A stretch of DNA of 64,000 nt, from NCBI GenBank assembly GCA_045562535.1, contig JBJKVP010000002.1, positions 2,814 to 66,813 on the forward strand, written 5' to 3'. The position numbers and the translations under genes are program-made. Position 1 is the stretch's first letter; every line of letters begins with the position of its first letter. The notes under the pieces are model-generated. The model saw nothing but the letters and a program-made list of their open reading frames with translations, was not told the origin of the DNA and did not search any database. Of the stretch, positions 57,860 to 64,000 are shown piece after piece. Source of the stretch: Dehalococcoidia bacterium. GTDB taxonomy: Bacteria; Chloroflexota; Dehalococcoidia; UBA6926.

Positions 57860-58555
57860 TTGAATAATATGGAAGTTGTGGCCATAGTGCTTGGAGCGGG
57901 TTCCGGCCAAAGGATAGGCGGCCGGAATAAGGCATTTTTATATCTTCTTGGGAGACCTATGTTTGTTTACTCTATTCGATCTTTTGCTCTCACCAGTGAA
58001 GTTTCGCATACCGTTTTGGTAGTTCCGCCTGGAACCGTTACTATGGCTGAAACAGAATTAGAGAAGCATAAATTATATGATTTTGTGACCGTTATCGAAG
58101 GAGGCGAATCACGAATGGAATCTGCTATGTTGGGCCTTAAATCTGCCCCACCTTCAGATTTAGTGATGATTCATGATGCGTCTAGACCTTGCGTGACCAC
58201 TGATTTGGTTTTAGAAGCGATCCAAGCTGCAAAAACCCATTCTCCAGTTGTTCCAGCGCTGCCAGTAGTAGATACAATAAGGCGCTTTAGTGAAGACGGA
58301 AAATTTACCGAAACGGTTGAACGGGAAGGTCTGTTTAATATTCAAACTCCGCAAGTTTTTCGTAGAGGCCAGCTAGATACAATTTATGACGGAACTTCTA
58401 AGAAACAAGTAACTGACGATGCTTCGCTGTATGAATTACTAGGGCTAAGTATTTTTAGATTCGAAGGGGATATTGAAAATTTTAAAATTACGTTTCCTGG
58501 CGATATTGACTTAGCAGAAGCAATATTGCGATCAAGAGGCATAGAATCTTTGTAA
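57860..58555 (+). CDS. ispD: 2-C-methyl-D-erythritol 4-phosphate cytidylyltransferase
   Basis: GSGQR.G..K, HDASRP, QTPQ.F, TDDAS, NFKIT motifs. Confidence 0.95.
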   Translation: MNNMEVVAIVLGAGSGQRIGGRNKAFLYLLGRPMFVYSIRSFALTSEVSHTVLVVPPGTVTMAETELEKHKLYDFVTVIEGGESRMESAMLGLKSAPPSDLVMIHDASRPCVTTDLVLEAIQAAKTHSPVVPALPVVDTIRRFSEDGKFTETVEREGLFNIQTPQVFRRGQLDTIYDGTSKKQVTDDASLYELLGLSIFRFEGDIENFKITFPGDIDLAEAILRSRGIESL

Positions 58556-58573
58556 ATGGAGAAGAGGTAGTAA

Positions 58574-59080
58574 TTGAATAATAGGGTGGGAATCGGGTTT
58601 GATAGTCATCTTCTTGTTTCTGGGCGTGATTTCATTTTAGGAGGAATAAAGATAGATTTCCCTTCAGGACCGCAAGGCCACTCGGATGGAGACCCATTAG
58701 TGCATTCCCTGATTGATGCGATGCTTGGTGCTGCTGGATTGGGAGATATTGGGCAAATGTTTCCCGAATCTGACCCATCTATTCAAGGTAGGAACAGCAC
58801 AGAATTACTTCTCGAGGCGTATAATCGTGTCAAATTAACAAATTTGCGCATTAATAATGCTGATGCTACCATCTACGCCGATGAACCTACTTTAGGGCCT
58901 TACCGAAAGACGATACAATCTAATCTCACAGATATGTTGGGAATAACTTTGGGGAGAATTAATTTGAAATTTAAAACTTTAGAAGGGCTTACTTTTCCGG
59001 TTACTCCTGGTACCCGCAAGGTGATTGCTTCTCACGCTATCGTTTCATTGGAGTTTAATGATAATGCTCAAAATTCTTAA
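58574..59080 (+). CDS. ispF: MECDP synthase
   Basis: RVG.GFDSH, GHSDGD...H, GDIG..FP motifs. Confidence 0.95.
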   Translation: MNNRVGIGFDSHLLVSGRDFILGGIKIDFPSGPQGHSDGDPLVHSLIDAMLGAAGLGDIGQMFPESDPSIQGRNSTELLLEAYNRVKLTNLRINNADATIYADEPTLGPYRKTIQSNLTDMLGITLGRINLKFKTLEGLTFPVTPGTRKVIASHAIVSLEFNDNAQNS

Positions 59081-60449
59081 TAGTTTAACCGGGGATAAAG
59101 AACAGTTTGTGCCTATTAACAAAAATGAAGTTCTTATGTACGTTTGCGGTATCACACCCTATTCGGATTCTCATGTGGGTCACGGTATGAGTTATGTTGT
59201 TTTCGATGTCATAAAAAGATACCTAAGCCACAAAGGGTATCAAGTTCGACACATACAGAATTTTACTGATATAGATGACAAGATTATTCAGAGAGCAAAC
59301 CAAAATGGCACTGATCCTTCAGATCTCTCTAAAAGTTTTATGGACGCATATTTTGAAGATATGAATTTACTGGGTGTTACTAATGCTACTGAATACCCTT
59401 TGGCTACTGAAGAAATTTCAGGAATCGTTCAAATGATTGAAGGGCTCATTGAAAAAGAGTTTGCTTATGAGTCAAATGGGGACGTATATTTTCGCGTAGA
59501 TGCTTTTGAAGACTATGGTAAATTGTCGAACAGATCGTTAGATGGGATGATTGCTGGGTCTCGGATCGCAGTTTCAGAATCTAAAGAAAATCCGCTGGAC
59601 TTTACTCTATGGAAAGGATCTAAACCCGGAGAGCCTTCTTGGGCTAGTCCTTGGGGAGCTGGGCGGCCTGGATGGCATATAGAATGTTCTGCAATGTCAC
59701 TGAGCTATTTAGGGAAAAGTTTAGATATCCATGGAGGAGGTGCTGACCTTCTCTTTCCCCATCACGAGAATGAAATCGCACAATCTGAAGCATTTACCGG
59801 AGAGAAGCCTTTTTCAAAATATTGGATACACCACGGATTATTACAGCTTGGAAGCGAAAAAATGAGCAAATCTGTAGGGAATTTAGTAACCATTAAAGAC
59901 GCGGTCTCTAAATACGGCAGGGACGGGTTTAGAATTTTTGTACTGAGTTCTCATTATCGGAATCCTTTGACTTGGAGTGAGGACGCATTACTTGCCGCCA
60001 GGACAGCTGGAGCAAGGCTAGAGCGAACCGTTAATACGGTGTCGGATGTAGAAGGCTCGACAGAATCTTTTGATTTTAGTGAATACCAAGAACGTTTTAA
60101 CGATGCGATGGATGACGACTTTAACACTCCTCAAGCACTTGCCGTATTGTTTGATTTGTCGAGAGATTTAAATCGAGCAGCTCAAAATGGACAAGATGTG
60201 CAAAAAGCTCGAGGACTCGTAAAAGATTTAGGCGATCTCCTTGGGCTTGAGCTGAACATTGAAAAAAGCTCTACTAAACAAGTTGACCCTTTTGTCGAGT
60301 TGTTAATTGATTCTAGAAAGCGATTAAGAGACCAGGATAATTACGAATTAGCTGATTTTATTAGGGAAGGGCTTGAAAACTTAGGGGTTAACATTGAAGA
60401 CTCGAAAAATGAGACCAAATGGAATTTTCGATTCGACAATGATAAATAA
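59064..60449 (+). CDS. cysS: Cysteine--tRNA ligase
   Basis: YVCG.T.Y...HVGH, GRPGWHIECSAM, KMSKS; start refined to MLKILNSL. Confidence 0.97.
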   Translation: MLKILNSLTGDKEQFVPINKNEVLMYVCGITPYSDSHVGHGMSYVVFDVIKRYLSHKGYQVRHIQNFTDIDDKIIQRANQNGTDPSDLSKSFMDAYFEDMNLLGVTNATEYPLATEEISGIVQMIEGLIEKEFAYESNGDVYFRVDAFEDYGKLSNRSLDGMIAGSRIAVSESKENPLDFTLWKGSKPGEPSWASPWGAGRPGWHIECSAMSLSYLGKSLDIHGGGADLLFPHHENEIAQSEAFTGEKPFSKYWIHHGLLQLGSEKMSKSVGNLVTIKDAVSKYGRDGFRIFVLSSHYRNPLTWSEDALLAARTAGARLERTVNTVSDVEGSTESFDFSEYQERFNDAMDDDFNTPQALAVLFDLSRDLNRAAQNGQDVQKARGLVKDLGDLLGLELNIEKSSTKQVDPFVELLIDSRKRLRDQDNYELADFIREGLENLGVNIEDSKNETKWNFRFDNDK

Positions 60450-60613
60450 TTAACTACGATCGTTGCTAGGTCGATCTGAGTAATATACTCATATGCGTAT
60501 TAGTCCATTTAGGTTGACCTTCTAGGTAAATATCCTTAAGTTAGTTAGGTTGCCTTGAGTGGTGGCTATTTTTTAATACCGCGTACTTTTATTATTTTTG
60601 GAGTAATTATTTA

Positions 60614-61135
60614 ATGTGGCTTATAAGTTTTGATATCGACGGAACTATGGAATTTGGAGATCCCCCCGGAATACTTACAGAAGAGATCGTTAATTATTTT
60701 CGAGATAGAGGGGCGATAGTTGGAAGTGCATCTGACCGGCCCGTTAGTGCCCAGAAGTCAATGTGGAAAGGGTACGGGTTTGAACTCGATTTCGCTATTT
60801 TGAAACACCACATGAAAACTCTGCGTGAAAAATACCCGGAATTTAATTCCTATTGGCATGTTGGGGATCGACCTTTAGATCAACAAAATGCCAAAGAGGC
60901 TGAGTTTACTTTTTTTTGGGTTGACCAATTCCCAACAATTCCCCAGGGTGATAAGTTTTTCCCCAACTTGAAGGAAATTCTCTCTATGAATCAGCAGGAT
61001 AAAATTAGCTCTGTCAATAATGCTGTAAAATCCTTAGCAGAATATGCTCTTTCTGGCAAAGATCTATTAGAAGACAGGTCTGAAAATATCAATGAAGGCG
61101 CTGGTCGATTACCCGGAGATCTTGGTGGGTTTTAG
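60614..61135 (+). CDS. HAD-superfamily hydrolase (paralog 1)
   Basis: FDIDGT, GSASDR, K, HVGD...D motifs. Confidence 0.85.
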   Translation: MWLISFDIDGTMEFGDPPGILTEEIVNYFRDRGAIVGSASDRPVSAQKSMWKGYGFELDFAILKHHMKTLREKYPEFNSYWHVGDRPLDQQNAKEAEFTFFWVDQFPTIPQGDKFFPNLKEILSMNQQDKISSVNNAVKSLAEYALSGKDLLEDRSENINEGAGRLPGDLGGF

Positions 61136-61153
61136 CCACTCTTTGGATATCCT

Positions 61154-61693
61154 ATGCTATTAGTTACGTTTGATATTGATGGAACAATGGAATTTGGTGA
61201 TCCCGTTGGAACTGTAGACAAGCAAGTCATTGAATTTTATAGAAATAACGGAGTAATTGTTGGTAGCGCTTCTGATAGAACTAAATCTACCCAATTAAAT
61301 ATGTGGAGCCAGTATGGCTTTGAAGTTGATTTCGCCATAGTTAAACATAAGATTCCTGAATTAATTGAAGAGTATGACCAGTGTGAGCTGTTTTGGCATG
61401 TTGGAGATAGGCCTGTCGATCAACAAATTGCGTTTAAAGCAGGGTTTACGTTTTTTTGGCCAGACCAAGTTCCTGATTTGAGCTTGATAAATGGTTTCTT
61501 GGGTGGCCAACCGTTAGAGAAATTGGGAACGGAGAATTATCGTCAGTTGTTTGATGATAATGATGCACTGAACAGATTAGCTTCCCAAGCATTGTCTCGA
61601 GATAGAAAATTAGAAGATATAGCACGGTATGACGAATATGCTAGTTCGGGACGAGTCGACGGAGATGATCTTGGAAACGTGTTACCGATCTAA
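61154..61693 (+). CDS. HAD-superfamily hydrolase (paralog 2)
   Basis: Same motifs as the adjacent gene; tandem duplicate. Confidence 0.85.
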   Translation: MLLVTFDIDGTMEFGDPVGTVDKQVIEFYRNNGVIVGSASDRTKSTQLNMWSQYGFEVDFAIVKHKIPELIEEYDQCELFWHVGDRPVDQQIAFKAGFTFFWPDQVPDLSLINGFLGGQPLEKLGTENYRQLFDDNDALNRLASQALSRDRKLEDIARYDEYASSGRVDGDDLGNVLPI

Positions 61694-61713
61694 CTAAAGA
61701 ATTCGAATAGTAT

Positions 61714-61938
61714 TTACGCGTTGATTTGTGATAAACGAGCACCGGCGATAGCTAATATAACGAATATTATAGATAGGATTATCGTTGTTTGGAATACTAT
61801 TTTTTCAAATCCCCTTCTTGCTCTGAACACCGAAGTAGACGCGCCAAACAGACCTATATCTTGGCTTCTTACTTGCAGTAAAATAGCGAGAACCAAAGCT
61901 ATCGCTATGATGATTTGAACCACATAAATAATATTCAC
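61714..61938 (-). CDS. secG: Preprotein translocase subunit SecG
   Basis: ILLQ....GLFG.....R.RRG.EK.....T between two TM helices. Confidence 0.9.
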   Translation of the reverse strand: MNIIYVVQIIIAIALVLAILLQVRSQDIGLFGASTSVFRARRGFEKIVFQTTIILSIIFVILAIAGARLSQINA

Positions 61939-62000
61939 AAACCAAACTCCTTAAAGATGATAATACATGAATAATTGACTATCGTGAACTAAGTTATTCT

Positions 62001-63479
62001 CTATTTGATTGCATCGAGAGCAGATTTTACAAGTTGGTTGGCTGTTTTGGGATTTGCCTGCCCTTTTGTTTCTTTCATCAATTGGCCAACGAGAAACCCG
62101 ACAGCATTACTTTTGCCTTTTTTATAGTCTTCTACAGCTTTCGAGTTCGAAGCTATTATATCTGCGACGATAGATTGCAGTTTTTCTTCATCGTTAATTT
62201 GCGATAATCCTTTAGCTTCTATAATTAATGATGGCTGTTTAGAATCAATGTACATTTCTTCAAAAATTTCTTTAGCCATTCGTACGCTAATCTTCCCTGC
62301 ATCCATAAGGTCCAAAAGCTCACGTAAGTATGCGGGTTTGATTGGTGAATCCTCGATGTTAGAACCAGAGTCGTTTAAAAGGTGAGTTAAATCACCTATT
62401 ATCCAGTTTGCTGTAGTCTTCGGCCGGTCTGAAACAAGGGTATCAACGCCATCCAAAGCTTGTTCAAAATAATTAGCCATTCCAATGCTGGATGTGAGAA
62501 GAGAAGCTTCATACGCAGGTAACATATATTCGTTCATGAATCGATCTTTACGAGCATCTGGAAGTTCGGGTAGTGTGCTTTCTATTGAGTTAACCCATTT
62601 TTTTTCAACAAAAAGAGGAGGTAGGTCAGGCTCAGGAAAATAACGATAATCATGTGCGTATTCTTTGGTTCTTTGTGATACTGTTTCGCCAAGCTCTTCT
62701 GACCAGCCGCGGGTTTCCTGGGTGATCGGTTGTTGTTTCGAGAAAAGATTGGTTTGCCTATCTATCTCAAATTCTAGAGCTCTGAAAACTGCGCGGAACG
62801 AATTCATATTTTTAACCTCTACTTTCCAGTTTGGTAGAGGGTCACCTTTTTCCCTTAAACTTATGTTGGCATCGCATCGGAAACTTCCTTCATCCATGTT
62901 GCCAGTAGAGACGCCTAAATATTGAAGAATAGTGTGTAGTTTAGTTAAGTATAATCGGGCCTCTTCTGCTGATTTTAGGTCTGGTTCCCCGACAATTTCC
63001 ATTAGTGGTACACCAGACCGATTTATGTCTACAAGAGAGTAAGTATCACCTGTAACATCTATCCTATGTATAAGTCTTGCCGTATCTTCTTCTAAATGAA
63101 CCCTAGTTATTCCTATTTTCCGAGTATCAGTATTTTCAGGTTCAATATTTAGCCAGCCTTTATTAGTTATAGGGAGATCAAATTGCGATATTTGGTACCC
63201 TTTCATAAGATCTGGATAAGGATAATTCTTTCTATCAAACTTGCTGTCGGTAGCTATTGTGCAGTTCAGTGCAAGAGCGGTCATTACGGTTAATTCAATT
63301 GCTTTTTTATTAATCACTGGTAAAGTTCCTGGCATTCCTAGACATACCGGGCATACGTGCGTGTTGGGCTCTGCTCCAGTATAGGCGGCCTTACAACTGC
63401 AAAACATTTTGCTGTTCGTAAGTAACTGAACGTGAACCTCTAACCCGATGACTGGTTCTAATTTAGCAATAGAGGTCAT
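62001..63479 (-). CDS. gatB: Asp/Glu-tRNA amidotransferase subunit B
   Basis: IGLEVH.QL, FDRKNY.YPD, EVKNMNS, YRYFPEPDL motifs. Confidence 0.98.
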   Translation of the reverse strand: MTSIAKLEPVIGLEVHVQLLTNSKMFCSCKAAYTGAEPNTHVCPVCLGMPGTLPVINKKAIELTVMTALALNCTIATDSKFDRKNYPYPDLMKGYQISQFDLPITNKGWLNIEPENTDTRKIGITRVHLEEDTARLIHRIDVTGDTYSLVDINRSGVPLMEIVGEPDLKSAEEARLYLTKLHTILQYLGVSTGNMDEGSFRCDANISLREKGDPLPNWKVEVKNMNSFRAVFRALEFEIDRQTNLFSKQQPITQETRGWSEELGETVSQRTKEYAHDYRYFPEPDLPPLFVEKKWVNSIESTLPELPDARKDRFMNEYMLPAYEASLLTSSIGMANYFEQALDGVDTLVSDRPKTTANWIIGDLTHLLNDSGSNIEDSPIKPAYLRELLDLMDAGKISVRMAKEIFEEMYIDSKQPSLIIEAKGLSQINDEEKLQSIVADIIASNSKAVEDYKKGKSNAVGFLVGQLMKETKGQANPKTANQLVKSALDAIK

Positions 63480-63491
63480 TTTTGGGATTAC

Positions 63492-64000
63492 TTAAGCTAT
63501 GAATATTGGTGCGAATACTAAGGCAACTATAGACATTAATTTTAGTAGTATGTTTAGAGAGGGCCCTGATGTATCTTTAAAAGGGTCTCCGACGGTATCA
63601 CCAACTACAGTAGCTTCGTGGGCGTCTGACCCTTTTCCATCTAGGTTGCCTGATTCAATATATTTCTTGGCATTGTCCCAGGCTCCCCCGGCGTTTGCCA
63701 TCGTAACAGCTAGCATAAAACCGGCTGCGATTGAACCAATAAGCAAGCCACCAAGCGCCTCTTTTCCTAATATGACTCCTACCAGGAGGGGTGCCGCTAC
63801 AGCAAGGATTCCAGGCACCACCATTTCTTTCAAAGCCCCTTGTGTGCTGATGTCAACGCATCGAGCATATTCTGGCTCTGCAGTACCGTCCATAATTCCT
63901 GGGATTTCTCTGAATTGGCGTCTAACCTCAGTAACCATTGCATAAGCTGCTCTTCCAACTGCTGACATGGTGAATGCTGAGAATAGGAAAGGCAGCATGG
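63492..64000 (-). CDS. hppA: Membrane pyrophosphatase (H+/Na+-translocating), C-terminal part, truncated by window edge
   Basis: [29 protein letters not shown] motifs. Confidence 0.95.
   Translation of the reverse strand, partial: MLPFLFSAFTMSAVGRAAYAMVTEVRRQFREIPGIMDGTAEPEYARCVDISTQGALKEMVVPGILAVAAPLLVGVILGKEALGGLLIGSIAAGFMLAVTMANAGGAWDNAKKYIESGNLDGKGSDAHEATVVGDTVGDPFKDTSGPSLNILLKLMSIVALVFAPIFIA

Overview
Low-GC (roughly 40% by eye) bacterial chromosome segment made up mostly of housekeeping genes. Gene content and synteny (fused family III CoA-transferases, DinB, FAH hydrolase, type-2 IleRS, HrcA/CIRCE, dcd-rib cluster, hppA-gatB-secG, a stand-alone ftsZ) suggest Chloroflexota, probably Dehalococcoidia/SAR202; this is an inference, not a database result. 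The window has 6 tRNAs, translation genes (rpsT, infC-rpmI-rplT, thrS, ileS, cysS, gatB, rpmH), riboflavin and MEP pathway genes, pyrG-rho, an hrcA-grpE-dnaK-meaB-dnaJ operon with two CIRCE boxes, a 1195-aa S-layer-like protein, and two small tRNA-flanking accessory islets. I found no integrase, transposase, CRISPR array or rRNA. Most interesting observations: (1) the rpmH-rnpA-yidD-yidC-jag operon carries a translationally coupled BamB/PQQ-type beta-propeller lipoprotein next to a short YidC, reminiscent of EMC1-EMC3, and its Jag/KhpB ends in a ~118-residue (Asp6-Tyr)n tail; (2) three genes appear to use non-canonical start codons (infC ATA, NYN nuclease ACG, Mre11-like phosphoesterase ATT); (3) a c-di-GMP-I-like motif lies in the long leader of the S-layer-like gene; (4) a lipoprotein islet shares a 35-bp signal-peptide cassette and encodes two degenerate M23-like paralogs.
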